Assembly: GCA_045653185.1 (NCBI GenBank)
Contig: JAZOLQ010000040.1
Span: 1 to 51,805 of the forward strand
Length of the DNA: 51,805 nucleotides
Source of the DNA: Eubacteriales bacterium
GTDB lineage: Bacteria; Bacillota; Clostridia; Oscillospirales; CAG-272
Direction: 5' to 3'
In this document: piece by piece, positions 16,841 to 26,222 of the stretch
How the letters are laid out: each line of letters opens with the position of its first letter
Position numbering within the stretch: position 1 is the stretch's first letter
Program-made: the position numbers and the translations under genes
Notes under the pieces: generated by a model
The model's input: the letters and a program-made list of their open reading frames with translations, nothing else
Database searches by the model: none
Told to the model about the DNA's origin: nothing

Positions 16841-18031
16841 TTAAAGCGCTCTGAATACAGATATTACAGAAGCTTTGTTAGCAGAAACCAATTCGGAGAC
16901 AGCCGACTCGGAGAGAGCCTCGGTCATATAGGCGTAGCTACCCTCTGCGGTGACCTGCTTTGAAAGGTTGGGAAGGTCAATCGGCGCAGACGTGATGAAA
17001 ACTCGCTTGCACTCAAAGGACGCAAAGTCGGATACGTCAGCTTCCAAAGCCTCCTCCCAAACTATATCCTTGAATTCAGACTCCATATGAGCTATTACGT
17101 CAATTATGTCGGCAACGACAGCGCTTGCCGTGGGCAGTTTTCCCGCGCCAGGACCGTAGAACATAACCTCGCCGACCATATTAGCGTCGATAAGTATGCC
17201 GTTGAAAACGTCGTCTATTCTGGAGAGGGGATTAGCCTTCTGAACCATACAAGGAGATACGAGCGCGCAAAGCCCATCGGACGAGATATGCGCCTGACCG
17301 ATAAGCTTTATCGAACATCCGAGAGCTTCTGCTACCTTTGTGTCAAGCAGGGATATCTTTGTGATGCCCTCGGTATGAATGGATTTCGGGGATATAAGCT
17401 TTCCCGATGCGAGCGCGGCAAGAATAACTATCTTTCTTGCGGCGTCTATTCCGTCAACATCAGCCGAAGGATTTGCCTCTGCATAACCAAGCTTCTGAGC
17501 GTCTGCAAGAGCCGTATCAAAGGACTGTCCCTCGTCACGCATCTTTGTGAGTATATAGTTCGTAGTGCCGTTAAGTATTCCGCATATCTTGGTTATCTTG
17601 TTGGACGCGAGGTCGTTTATCATGGGACGGATAACTGGAATACCGCCGCCAACGCTCGCCTCAAAAAGATATCTTACGCCGTGAGCTGCCGCGATAGAGC
17701 AAAGCTCAACGCCGAAATTGGATACGACCTCTTTGTTGGAGGTTATAACGTTCTTTCCTGCCTCAAGACAAGCCTTTGAAAAGTCGTAAGCGGGGTGAGA
17801 ACCGCCCATCATCTCAGCTACTATTGAGACCTCAGGGTCATTCAAAATAACGTTAAAGTCGTGAACAACGAGGTCGCCAAAGGGAGAGTCCGGAAAATCC
17901 CTGAGGTCAAGGATATATTTTATGCTGTATTCACAGCCAAGTCTTTCTTCTATTATCTTTTTGTTTTCGGTAAGTACCTCAGCAGTACCGCTTCCGACAA
18001 CGCCGAATCCGAGAATAGCGATCTTTACCAT
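16841..18031 (-). CDS. hom: homoserine dehydrogenase
   Basis: N-terminal NAD motif ILGFGVVGSG, catalytic-domain similarity, and a C-terminal ACT-like domain. Confidence 0.95.
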   Translation of the reverse strand: MVKIAILGFGVVGSGTAEVLTENKKIIEERLGCEYSIKYILDLRDFPDSPFGDLVVHDFNVILNDPEVSIVAEMMGGSHPAYDFSKACLEAGKNVITSNKEVVSNFGVELCSIAAAHGVRYLFEASVGGGIPVIRPMINDLASNKITKICGILNGTTNYILTKMRDEGQSFDTALADAQKLGYAEANPSADVDGIDAARKIVILAALASGKLISPKSIHTEGITKISLLDTKVAEALGCSIKLIGQAHISSDGLCALVSPCMVQKANPLSRIDDVFNGILIDANMVGEVMFYGPGAGKLPTASAVVADIIDVIAHMESEFKDIVWEEALEADVSDFASFECKRVFITSAPIDLPNLSKQVTAEGSYAYMTEALSESAVSELVSANKASVISVFRAL

Positions 18032-18107
18032 TTTTATACCATTCCTTAAGTTTGTTTTTTTATATAGATATATGATATCATATTTTCTTCAAAAATGCAA
18101 ATATATA

Positions 18108-18136
18108 TTGAAAAAATTTTCAAAATATGATAAAAT
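18108..18136 (+). promoter_or_regulatory. sigma-A type promoter
   Basis: TTGAAA (18108-18113), 17-nt spacer, TAAAAT (18131-18136), with a TGn extended -10. Confidence 0.55.
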
Positions 18137-18171
18137 ATTTTCAGCAAATATATCATACGGAGGCAAAGAAT

Positions 18172-18717
18172 ATGGCTTCACCAATAGGAAGTATGCGGAA
18201 CGTAAAAATTTTTGTGCTTTATCTGCTCGAAAATATTAATTATCCGCTGGATTTTGTTACGATAAACGACATAGTTATGCAGACCGATTACGTCATGTAC
18301 CTCGATTTTGCCGAGGGCTTTAACGAAATGCTTGACGCGGGGCTTATAGATGAGATAAAGCTTGACGGAGAAACGCTTTACGTTCCTTCCGAGAAGGGAA
18401 AACACGTTGCAAGAGAGCTTAACGGCGACATCCTTTCGACTATACTTGACCAAAGCCTTGCAAGAGCGCTCAGATATCTCGATTTCAAAAAACGCGGTGT
18501 TACGCCTAAATGCGAGATAGTTGCCATGGATGACGGAAAATACAATGTGATATCCTCATTCACAGAGAAGGATACGGTGATTTTTTCTCAGTCGCTCACA
18601 GTAGATACGCTTGACAGAGCGCAGAGAATGAAAAATAATTTTTACGAACGTCCCGAAGCCATATATAGAGGAGTGCTTGCTCTTATGGCGGGTAATGTGA
18701 ACTATCTTTTTAATTAA
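18172..18717 (+). CDS. DUF4364-like protein (putative winged-helix regulator)
   Basis: ATG 18172 follows a GGAGG RBS. The N-terminus VKIFVLYLLENINYPLDFVTINDIV resembles DUF4364 proteins of Clostridia (from memory). Confidence 0.65.
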   Translation: MASPIGSMRNVKIFVLYLLENINYPLDFVTINDIVMQTDYVMYLDFAEGFNEMLDAGLIDEIKLDGETLYVPSEKGKHVARELNGDILSTILDQSLARALRYLDFKKRGVTPKCEIVAMDDGKYNVISSFTEKDTVIFSQSLTVDTLDRAQRMKNNFYERPEAIYRGVLALMAGNVNYLFN

Positions 18718-18953
18718 ACAAAGTGAGATAAAGCTTTAAACTGCCGATATTTGAGCAAAAAATAAAAGACATATCAGCTTATTTTTGCATTTTTGTGAAT
18801 TTTAACAAAATTTTTAAGAAAAAATATCGGATTAGTAAAATGAGAAGGGATTTTTTGAAGAATTTATACAAAAGAAATACTTTTGTGTTGTGGAAAATGG
18901 CATAAAAACATTGTTTTAGGCAATATTCGACAAAAATAAATTGATTTTTACTC

Positions 18954-18981
18954 TTGACATTATACAAATTAATGGTATAAT
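18954..18981 (+). promoter_or_regulatory. strong sigma-A type promoter of the sigma-factor gene
   Basis: TTGACA (18954-18959), 16-nt spacer, TATAAT (18976-18981), preceded by TGG (extended -10). Confidence 0.65.
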
Positions 18982-19044
18982 ATAATGTGGTGACTATGAA
19001 TACATGGGTAAACTATGCTTTTAAGCTATCGGCAAGGAGTGTTG

Positions 19045-19620
19045 ATGAATAATTGCCATAATAGATCCGAGGTCATTGAGCTGATCACTAAGGTCAGAGA
19101 AAACGAGCAAGGGGCGTTTGAAGAATTACTTTGTATGTACGAGCCTCTGATAAGCGCGTCTATCGCTAAGTTCAGCAATGACGAGCATTCCAGATCACAC
19201 GAGGAGGACCTTCGTCAAGAAGCGGTCTTGGTGTTCTACAATTCTATAATGAGCTACGACATTGGCAGTGACGGAGTGGAATTTGGCCTTTACGCCAAGA
19301 TATGCATAACCAATGCGTTGATATCTCAGTTGAGAAAGCTCAATAAGATGAAGCTCGAACAGCTTTCGCAGACGATTGATATTGACGAGAGTATGGGCGG
19401 AGCTGAGGAGATATCAAGCCGAATAATCGAAGAAGAAAGTCTTAGAGATATAGACCGTGTGATAAGAGGGAATCTTTCGCCGTTTGAGTATAGAGTCTGG
19501 TGTCTTTACGCATCGGGAAAAACGGCACGGGATATTGGAGCGCTGGTAGAAAAAAGCGAGAAATCTATTGCAAACGCTATATACAGGATAAGGAAAAAGC
19601 TGAGAAGCTTGCTAAAATAA
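19045..19620 (+). CDS. sigma-70 family sigma factor, SigH-like architecture
   Basis: ATG 19045 follows AAGGAG. The region-2-like FGLYAKICITNALISQLRK and the region-4 HTH LSPFEYRVWCLYASGKTARDIGALVEKSEKSIANAIYRIRKKL parallel B. subtilis SigH. Confidence 0.75.
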   Translation: MNNCHNRSEVIELITKVRENEQGAFEELLCMYEPLISASIAKFSNDEHSRSHEEDLRQEAVLVFYNSIMSYDIGSDGVEFGLYAKICITNALISQLRKLNKMKLEQLSQTIDIDESMGGAEEISSRIIEEESLRDIDRVIRGNLSPFEYRVWCLYASGKTARDIGALVEKSEKSIANAIYRIRKKLRSLLK

Positions 19621-19737
19621 CTTGAATGATACGGCAAAGCCGAATCAGATATATAGCCTGTAGCTAGTCCGTAAGTGGGAAAACTTGTCGGGGTACTTTG
19701 GGCAAAAAAATTCCATTTTACAAAGCGAGGTAAAATC

Positions 19738-20061
19738 ATGTACGAAGAAGAAGTAAAAGTCGGAGCTGAGACTGAAGTCGAGTTTGTAGATGAGACTCTT
19801 GTATGCAAAGAATGCGGCAATGAGTTTGTATTTACAGCTGGTGAGCAGCAGTTCTACAAAGAAAAAGGCTTTTTGAACAAGCCTAAGAGCTGCAAAGCTT
19901 GTCGTGACGCAAAGAAGAATGCTGCAAAGGCTCCGCGTGAGTACTTCGAAACAACTTGCGCACAGTGCGGCGGCGTAGCTAAGGTTATCTTCCAGCCCTC
20001 CGAGGACAGACCTGTTTATTGCAGTGCTTGCTTCGAGGAGAGAAGAAAGACTCAGGCATAA
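19738..20061 (+). CDS. zinc-ribbon protein (two CxxC pairs per repeat)
   Basis: CKECGNEF...CKAC and CAQCGG...CSACF. ATG 19738 follows GAGG. Confidence 0.7.
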   Translation: MYEEEVKVGAETEVEFVDETLVCKECGNEFVFTAGEQQFYKEKGFLNKPKSCKACRDAKKNAAKAPREYFETTCAQCGGVAKVIFQPSEDRPVYCSACFEERRKTQA

Positions 20062-20097
20062 ATATCTGTTTTGGATATTTGCTCTTGTTGTGAAAAC

Positions 20098-20137
20098 AAA
20101 GAAGAGTGGCGAGAAAGATTCTCGCCGCTCTTCTTTA
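20098..20137. terminator. bidirectional terminator
   Basis: gaagagtggcgag/ctcgccgctcttc stem (one G-U pair). It overlaps the stop of the convergent desulfurase gene. Confidence 0.75.
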
Positions 20138-21295
20138 TTCTTTCTTTTTTTCTGAAATTATAGCGGATAGAGACATTGCAAGAGAGTCGATATCCTTTTT
20201 TTGATTAAATATGCCAAGGCTTATTCTCAGCGCGCCGTCGGGTGGAGTTCCGAGTGTCTTGTGCGCAAGCGCCGAGCAATGAAAACCTCCTCTCGCGCAT
20301 ATTCCATAGGAATCTAAGCGTAGCGCAAGCTCCTCAGAGGGAATATCTTTTGCGTTAAAAAGCAGAGTCGCGCCTTTGAAGGACGGTGCATATACAGATA
20401 TTTCGGGAATGTTACAGAGCGCTTCAAGCGCGTAAACGAAAAGAGAGGACTCGTATTCGGCTATGGCAGAAAGTCCGTACGAGTTGATGGTTTTTATCCC
20501 CTCGCAAAGCCCTGCGATAGTAGGCGTTGGCAGCGTTCCCGCCTCATAGCGTTCGGGCGAAAAAAGCGGCATCGCAGGGTCGAGAGAGCTAACTCCGTTG
20601 CCGCCCTCTATAAGCGTATCTATCGTTATTCCACGCCCAAGAGCTATTATTCCGCAGCCTTGCGGACCGTAAAGCGCCTTGTGTGACGGGGCGCAGAGGG
20701 CGCTTATATTCATCGAGTCAAGGTCTATCGGATAATGTCCCGCAGATTGCGCCGCGTCAACGAGAAAGAATAGCCCGCGTTTTCGGCAAAATTCGCCTAT
20801 TTCAACTATGGGAAGGGTCGCAGAGCAGATATTTGAGGCGTGAGTGGCTATCACCATTTTAGTGTTGGGGCGGAGAAGCGAGGCTATCTTCGCGCATATA
20901 AGCGTGGGCGAGCGGCGCGAGGAGAGAGTCATTGAAGAAAAAACATCATATTTTATATCGCCCTTCTCATAGAGCTTGTGGATAGGTCTCCATACGGCGT
21001 TGTGTTCGAGGTCGGATATTATCACGTGGTCGCCCTTTTTCAAAACGCCTTTTATGACGGTGTTCAGGGCGTAGGTGGTGTTCATCGTAAAAATTATTCT
21101 TTCAAGCTCCCCAACGCCGAGAAGGTCGGCAAGCAGAGCTCTGCACTCATATATTTTCCGTGCGGCGTCGAGCGAGAGCGAGTGAGCGCTTCTTCCCGGA
21201 TTTCCGCAATAGCGGGTCATACATTTTGTTACCTCTTCGTAAACTGAAAGAGGCTTTGGAAAGGTAGTGGCAGCGTTGTCAAGATAGTTTATCAT
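20135..21295 (-). CDS. cysteine desulfurase (class V aminotransferase)
   Basis: MINYLDNAATT N-terminus, PLP-lysine motif APSHKALYGPQG, and a C-terminal Cys loop region GGFHCSA. Confidence 0.9.
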   Translation of the reverse strand: MINYLDNAATTFPKPLSVYEEVTKCMTRYCGNPGRSAHSLSLDAARKIYECRALLADLLGVGELERIIFTMNTTYALNTVIKGVLKKGDHVIISDLEHNAVWRPIHKLYEKGDIKYDVFSSMTLSSRRSPTLICAKIASLLRPNTKMVIATHASNICSATLPIVEIGEFCRKRGLFFLVDAAQSAGHYPIDLDSMNISALCAPSHKALYGPQGCGIIALGRGITIDTLIEGGNGVSSLDPAMPLFSPERYEAGTLPTPTIAGLCEGIKTINSYGLSAIAEYESSLFVYALEALCNIPEISVYAPSFKGATLLFNAKDIPSEELALRLDSYGICARGGFHCSALAHKTLGTPPDGALRISLGIFNQKKDIDSLAMSLSAIISEKKKE

Positions 21296-21300
21296 AATGC

Positions 21301-21528
21301 TTAACCTCTTGTTCGGCGGCCCATTGATATTCCCGACCGCAGAAGGAGTTCTCTTGCCTTGTCCTCTTCGTAAGAGGGAAAGCTTATGGCGTAGATGCAG
21401 CCGTTACGGGAGGCTTTGGCTTTAATTACTTTTGAAGGAATAGAGGCAAACGCAAGAATATCCTGTGCTTTTAAGGCTTGCGTTACACCGCCAATCTCCA
21501 CAATGCATTCATCAAAATTTCGTTTCAT
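21301..21528 (-). CDS. DUF3343-like small protein (putative S/Se carrier-related)
   Basis: I chose ATG 21528 (MKRNFDECIVEIGGVTQALKAQDIL...). At 75 aa, it lies 5 nt upstream of the desulfurase. The family is assigned from memory. Confidence 0.6.
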   Translation of the reverse strand: MKRNFDECIVEIGGVTQALKAQDILAFASIPSKVIKAKASRNGCIYAISFPSYEEDKARELLLRSGISMGRRTRG

Positions 21529-21591
21529 CGTTACACCTCCGATAAATATTATATGTCTCAAAAAGTCGAGCGGTGACGGAAAATAATCGCA

Positions 21592-21620
21592 TTGACAAAA
21601 TATGAGAAATGTGCTATAAT
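21592..21620 (+). promoter_or_regulatory. cysK promoter
   Basis: TTGACA (21592-21597), 17-nt spacer, TATAAT (21615-21620). Confidence 0.7.
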
Positions 21621-21651
21621 CTATGATATATGATTTTTTGAGAGGCATCAA

Positions 21652-22578
21652 ATGATTTGTAATACTATTTTAGACGCGATGGGCAACACACCCGTTATAA
21701 GACTTAACCGCATGACAGGCGAGAACGACGCCGAGATACTCGTCAAATTTGAGGGAATGAACGTTGGCGGCTCTATAAAGACGAGAACCGCTTTTAATAT
21801 GATACTTGACGCTGAAAAAAAGGGACTTAAAAATGAGGATACCGTTATAGTAGAGCCGACAAGCGGAAATCAGGGAATAGGACTTGCGCTTGTGGGGGCT
21901 GTCCGCGGATATAAGGTCAAGATAATCATGCCCGACTCGGTCAGCGAGGAGAGAAGAAAGCTTGTTGAGCATTACGGAGCTGAGGTTATTCTTGTTCACG
22001 ATAGCGGCAATATCGGACTTTGTATCGAGGAGTGCGTAAATCTTGCGCTCAAAATGCGTGAGGAGGATAAAAGGGTCTTTGTACCCCAGCAGTTTGAAAA
22101 CCCCGCAAATCCCGAAATACAGCGCATAAACACTGCCGTAGAGATACTTGAGCAGGTTGGCCGTCCCATACACGGCTTTTGCTCCGGAATAGGGACTGGC
22201 GGAACTATCACGGGTATCGGCGAGGTGCTCAAGGCAAATAACCCCGATATGACGATATGGGCGGTAGAGCCCGAGAATGCGGCAATACTTTCGGGTGGCT
22301 CGATAGGAACGCATATACAGATGGGTATTGGCGACGGACTTATCCCCGACATACTCAATCAGAATATTTACGATGACGTTTGTATCGTAAAGGACGAGGA
22401 AGCTCTCCAGACTTCAAAGGATCTTGCCTCGAAAGAGGGAATTATGTGCGGAATAAGCAGCGGGACTAACGTTGCGGCAGCAATAAGACTTGCGAAGAAG
22501 CTTGGCCGAGGAAAGACGGTCGTGACTGTTTTACCCGACACCGCTGAAAGATATTTTTCCACGCCCTTATTTGAATAA
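21652..22578 (+). CDS. cysK: cysteine synthase A (O-acetylserine sulfhydrylase)
   Basis: GNTPVIRLNR, PLP-lysine SIKTR, TSGNQGIGLA, and the GIGTGGTITG loop. Confidence 0.95.
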   Translation: MICNTILDAMGNTPVIRLNRMTGENDAEILVKFEGMNVGGSIKTRTAFNMILDAEKKGLKNEDTVIVEPTSGNQGIGLALVGAVRGYKVKIIMPDSVSEERRKLVEHYGAEVILVHDSGNIGLCIEECVNLALKMREEDKRVFVPQQFENPANPEIQRINTAVEILEQVGRPIHGFCSGIGTGGTITGIGEVLKANNPDMTIWAVEPENAAILSGGSIGTHIQMGIGDGLIPDILNQNIYDDVCIVKDEEALQTSKDLASKEGIMCGISSGTNVAAAIRLAKKLGRGKTVVTVLPDTAERYFSTPLFE

Positions 22579-22585
22579 TATAAAG

Positions 22586-22620
22586 CCCTCCGCGCCTGCG
22601 TTTATCGCAAGTGCGGAGGG
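22586..22620. terminator. hairpin between convergent cysK and rnhA
   Basis: ccctccgc/gcggaggg outer stem with an inner tgcg/cgca stem. The U-tract is only moderate. Confidence 0.5.
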
Positions 22621-22627
22621 TAGTTGT

Positions 22628-23062
22628 TTACAGACTGTCGGCAAAGGTCGTAGCAAGGACGTCGCAACGTTCGTTGTATTCGTGTCCTGCGTGTCCGTGT
22701 ACCCACACAAATGTGACCTTGTGTATATCAAGAAGCTCAAGCAGCTTTTCCCACAGGTCGATATTAAGCACAGGCTTTCCGTCGGATTTTCTCCAGCCCT
22801 TAGCTCGCCAGGAATCTATCCATTTCTTCTGAATGGCATCTATCATATATTTTGAGTCTGACGTCAACGTGACCTCACAAGGCTCTTTGAGAAGGCTCAG
22901 CGCCTCTATTGCCGCTGTAAGCTCCATTCTGTTGTTGGTGGTAGACGGGTCTCCGCCCGATATCTCGCGCTCAAAATCGCCGTATCGCAATATAGCGCCC
23001 CAGCCTCCCTTGCCGGGATTGCCTCGGCAAGCACCGTCAGTGTATATTTCAACCTTTTTCAT
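22628..23062 (-). CDS. rnhA: ribonuclease HI
   Basis: [25 protein letters not shown] and [11 protein letters not shown] motifs. I preferred ATG 23062 (GGGAGA RBS). Confidence 0.9.
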   Translation of the reverse strand: MKKVEIYTDGACRGNPGKGGWGAILRYGDFEREISGGDPSTTNNRMELTAAIEALSLLKEPCEVTLTSDSKYMIDAIQKKWIDSWRAKGWRKSDGKPVLNIDLWEKLLELLDIHKVTFVWVHGHAGHEYNERCDVLATTFADSL

Positions 23063-23080
23063 AGAGTCTCCCATGTCGTT

Positions 23081-23647
23081 TTATATAGATATGTTCAGCT
23101 CGTCAAGCTTGTTTTTTATAGCCTTCATATCCTCGAGCATTTCTTCTTTTTTTCTCGGGTCGCGAAGAAGCAGAGCGGGGTGATAAACGGCTGTTATGAG
23201 AAAATTGCCCTTTAAGAACCAATTTCCGTGCTCCTTCGTTATTTTGAAGTCGGGCTTTATCAGCTTCATCGCCGATATTCTGCCAAGGCAAACGATTATT
23301 TTTGGCTGTATAAGCAGTACCTGTCTGCGAAGAAAATCGATACAGGCGTCTTCCTCTGCGGGCAGAGGGTCGCGGTTCTTTGGAGGACGGCACTTCAGTA
23401 TATTTGCTATGTAGACCTTTTCACGAGGAATATCGACGGCGTATAAGAATTTGTCAAGAAGCTGTCCCGCTCTGCCAACGAAGGGAACACCTGTCTTGTC
23501 CTCGTTCTCACCGGGGGCTTCTCCTATAAACATAACGTCCGCGTTTCTGTTTCCAACGCCGAAAACACAGTTTGTCCTTGTCTTGCAAAGCTCACAGGCA
23601 ACGCACTCCGAAGCCTCGCCGTAAAGCTTATCCCATGAATCGCTCAT
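23081..23647 (-). CDS. uracil-DNA glycosylase, family 4
   Basis: Fe-S cysteines CVACELC and the GEAPGENED motif. GGAGG RBS. Confidence 0.9.
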   Translation of the reverse strand: MSDSWDKLYGEASECVACELCKTRTNCVFGVGNRNADVMFIGEAPGENEDKTGVPFVGRAGQLLDKFLYAVDIPREKVYIANILKCRPPKNRDPLPAEEDACIDFLRRQVLLIQPKIIVCLGRISAMKLIKPDFKITKEHGNWFLKGNFLITAVYHPALLLRDPRKKEEMLEDMKAIKNKLDELNISI

Positions 23648-23723
23648 ATAACATACCTCCGATATTAGTCGTCTTAAAAATTATAACATTTTTCAGAGGT
23701 TTTTTCAATAGTTTTCTTGCATA

Positions 23724-23758
23724 AAATCAAGGGGAAGAAAAAATCTTCCCCTTGATTT
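23724..23758 (-). terminator. terminator after mgtE
   Basis: aaatcaaggggaaga/tcttccccttgattt 15-bp stem, immediately after the stop codon. Confidence 0.7.
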
Positions 23759-25095
23759 TATATACCAAGCGCGTATGATGCGATCTGAAAATAAATAAGC
23801 AGAGATACAGCGTCGACTATTGTGGTTATAAAAGGGCTTGCCATTACCGCAGGGTCAAAGCCTATTCTTTTTGCAAATATAGGCAAGGCACAGCCCACGA
23901 GCTTTGCGATAATTACTGTTACGAAGAGCGAGATAGATACAACAAGAGCCACCGCAATGGACGTTCTGTCGATAAGCATTGCTTTGGCGAATATCACAGC
24001 AGAGAGTGTGACTCCGCAGAGGAGCGATATTCTGAATTCCTTCCAAAGAATTTGCAGAATGTTGCCCATTCGTATCTCGCCAAGCGAGAGACCGCGGATA
24101 ATAGTAACAGATGCCTGACCGCCCGCGTTTCCTCCGGTACCCATAAGCGTGGGGATAAATGCGGTCAGCACCACCATAGCTCCGAGCGCGTCCTCATAGT
24201 AGGTTATTATGCCGCCCGTTATCATAGAGGAGACAAGCAGGAAGATAAGCCAAGGTATTCGCTTTCTCCAGGTCTCAAATACTCCGGTTTTTAGATAAGG
24301 CTTATCGGTAGGCGAGATAGCCGCCATCATTTCGATATCCTCGGTTGCCGCTTCCTCGATTACGTCGAGCGCGTCGTCGACGGTAACGATACCGACAAGT
24401 CGGTTTTCTTTGTCAACGATAGGGAGAGCCAGAAGGTCGTATTTTGATATCAGAGACGCGGCAAGCTCACGGTCATCGATAGTTGTTGCCGATATTATCG
24501 AGCTTTCCATAACGTCCTCGATTATATCCTCGCGGTCAGAGAAAATCAGGTCTCGAAGCTCTATAAAGCCCTTGAGGAGACGCGAATTGTCGGTAACGTA
24601 GATAGCGTAAATTGTTTCCTTATCTTTTCCTGTTTTGCGAATTCGCTCTATCGCTTCGGCAACCGTCATGCTTGCGTGAACGCTTATAAATTCCGAGGTC
24701 ATAACGCTTCCCGCGCTATCCTGAGGATAGTTCAAAAATTTGTTAAGCTCGGCGCGCGTATTTGGCTTTGCGGCTTTGAGTATTCTGCTCACCACACTTG
24801 CGGGAAGCTCTTCAAGTATGTCTACGGTATCGTCTATAAAAAGCTCCTCAACGAGCTTAGTTATCTCCGAGTCGGTGATAGAAGAGATGATAGCCTCCTG
24901 AAACTCGGAATCAAGCTCGGGAAATATCTCCGCCGCTGTGGATTTTCTCAAAAGTCTGAAGACCTTGGGAAGCAATTCTATGTCAAGCGAAGCCAGATAT
25001 TCGGCCGCGTCGATGGCATTTATCTCGTCGATCTCGTTTCTGAAAGCCACGTACTTGCTCTCATACAGTAATTCGGAAAGATATTCAAAAGACAT
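23758..25095 (-). CDS. mgtE: magnesium transporter MgtE
   Basis: N-terminal domain, tandem CBS domains, and the C-terminal TM domain with the GGNAGGQ motif. ATG 25095 is best spaced from AGGGGG. Confidence 0.9.
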   Translation of the reverse strand: MSFEYLSELLYESKYVAFRNEIDEINAIDAAEYLASLDIELLPKVFRLLRKSTAAEIFPELDSEFQEAIISSITDSEITKLVEELFIDDTVDILEELPASVVSRILKAAKPNTRAELNKFLNYPQDSAGSVMTSEFISVHASMTVAEAIERIRKTGKDKETIYAIYVTDNSRLLKGFIELRDLIFSDREDIIEDVMESSIISATTIDDRELAASLISKYDLLALPIVDKENRLVGIVTVDDALDVIEEAATEDIEMMAAISPTDKPYLKTGVFETWRKRIPWLIFLLVSSMITGGIITYYEDALGAMVVLTAFIPTLMGTGGNAGGQASVTIIRGLSLGEIRMGNILQILWKEFRISLLCGVTLSAVIFAKAMLIDRTSIAVALVVSISLFVTVIIAKLVGCALPIFAKRIGFDPAVMASPFITTIVDAVSLLIYFQIASYALGI

Positions 25096-25152
25096 GGTCA
25101 TCACCCCCTAAATCACATTATATCACTTTACGTGAAAAATTAAAATATAATG

Positions 25153-25599
25153 CTAAAAAATTTTTACAGAGTTTTTTAAAAGCTCGGTATCGTTAAAAAA
25201 GCCTTTAACGAGATTTACTAGTGCCGCAAGGCTTATATCGTTCGAACTGTTATTAAAAATGCTGTCGCTGCTCTGCAAAAAAGCATTCAGCGCCGAGCGC
25301 CACGTCGAATAGGCATCAAGTCTTTTTGAAAAAAAGAGGATATCCTCCAAATTCATCGAATCGTCGGAGATACAGGTAAGGGAAGCGATTTTTGCCGCAA
25401 TAGCGTCTGTCTTTTCGGAAAGCGCGAGCAGCTTGGAGGTGAGCGCGCGATAGCGGGCGTGTATCTCGTTTATCCTCTCCTCTGTGGGAGAAAATTTAAA
25501 GCTGTCGGATATATCGAATGATATGTTATATTCCCGAGTAGCCAAAATTATTTCATCAATAAGCTCTGTAAGTGAAGTTATCAAAAGTTCTTTTTCCAT
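25153..25599 (-). CDS. hypothetical helical protein
   Basis: I chose ATG 25599 because the longer TTG-initiated ORF would begin inside the 25616-25653 hairpin. No motif recognised. Confidence 0.5.
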   Translation of the reverse strand: MEKELLITSLTELIDEIILATREYNISFDISDSFKFSPTEERINEIHARYRALTSKLLALSEKTDAIAAKIASLTCISDDSMNLEDILFFSKRLDAYSTWRSALNAFLQSSDSIFNNSSNDISLAALVNLVKGFFNDTELLKNSVKIF

Positions 25600-25615
25600 C
25601 GTTAAAATCCTATAA

Positions 25616-25653
25616 CTATGGGAGTTGAGGCTTTGATTCGTCAACTCCCATAG
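25616..25653 (-). terminator. 13-bp perfect hairpin after the rpsP-KH genes
   Basis: ctatgggagttga (25616-25628) pairs with tcaactcccatag (25641-25653). On the minus strand it is followed by uuauaggauuuu. Confidence 0.55.
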
Positions 25654-25665
25654 TTAAATATGATA

Positions 25666-25905
25666 TTAGTCTCTTATTTCTACATTTACGTGTCTGCCGT
25701 CTGTTGCAGCCGCTGCTTTCATAACGGTGCGGATAGCCTTTGCTATCTTTCCGCCCTTACCGATAACCATTCCCATATCGGATTCAGCAACACTGAGGAC
25801 AAGCTTTACGTCTTTTCCGTCTTCGTTTTCGATTACGGAAACTTCATCGGGATTGTCGACGATAGCACGTGCAATGCCGTATAAAGTTTGCTTCAAGTCT
25901 GTCAT
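25666..25905 (-). CDS. KH-domain RNA-binding protein (YlqC-like)
   Basis: 79 aa with VIGKGGKIAKAIRTV (GxxG KH motif), directly after rpsP. Confidence 0.85.
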   Translation of the reverse strand: MTDLKQTLYGIARAIVDNPDEVSVIENEDGKDVKLVLSVAESDMGMVIGKGGKIAKAIRTVMKAAAATDGRHVNVEIRD

Positions 25906-25924
25906 AATTAACCACCCAAAAGAA

Positions 25925-26170
25925 TTAGTCGATTATGCCGGACTTCTTGAGAAGAGCCTTAACAGTTTCTGTGGGCTGAGCGCCGTTCTTGAGCCAAACC
26001 TTTGCTCTTTCCTCGTTGATAACTATTTCAACGGGCTCTCTGCGGGGATTGTAGTGACCGATCTCCTCGATGAAACGACCGTCTCTGGGCGAGCGGCTGT
26101 CTGCAACGATAACGCGGTATGTGGGAGCTTTCTTAGCTCCTGTTCTTGTGAGTCTCATTTTAACTGACAT
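25925..26170 (-). CDS. rpsP: 30S ribosomal protein S16
   Basis: [40 protein letters not shown]. Confidence 0.95.
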   Translation of the reverse strand: MSVKMRLTRTGAKKAPTYRVIVADSRSPRDGRFIEEIGHYNPRREPVEIVINEERAKVWLKNGAQPTETVKALLKKSGIID

Positions 26171-26222
26171 TTTTAAATTCCTCCAAAAAATATGAAAATA
26201 TAATATTGTTTATAAAATCCAT

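Noticed and set aside
17087-17779. A 230-aa plus-strand ORF inside hom, with a similar case at 21670-22314 inside cysK.
   Set aside because: Both are antisense to strongly supported housekeeping genes. They have no RBS and no recognisable motifs.
18926-18932. A Spo0A-box-like heptamer (TGTCGAA on the minus strand) about 22 nt upstream of the -35 element of the sigma-factor promoter.
   Set aside because: A 7-mer is expected by chance several times in 52 kb on two strands. I see no second box or supporting context.
25096-25152. Expected M-box (Mg2+) riboswitch upstream of mgtE.
   Set aside because: Only about 57 nt separate mgtE from the upstream gene, far too short for a ~160-nt M-box. No conserved M-box strings are seen.
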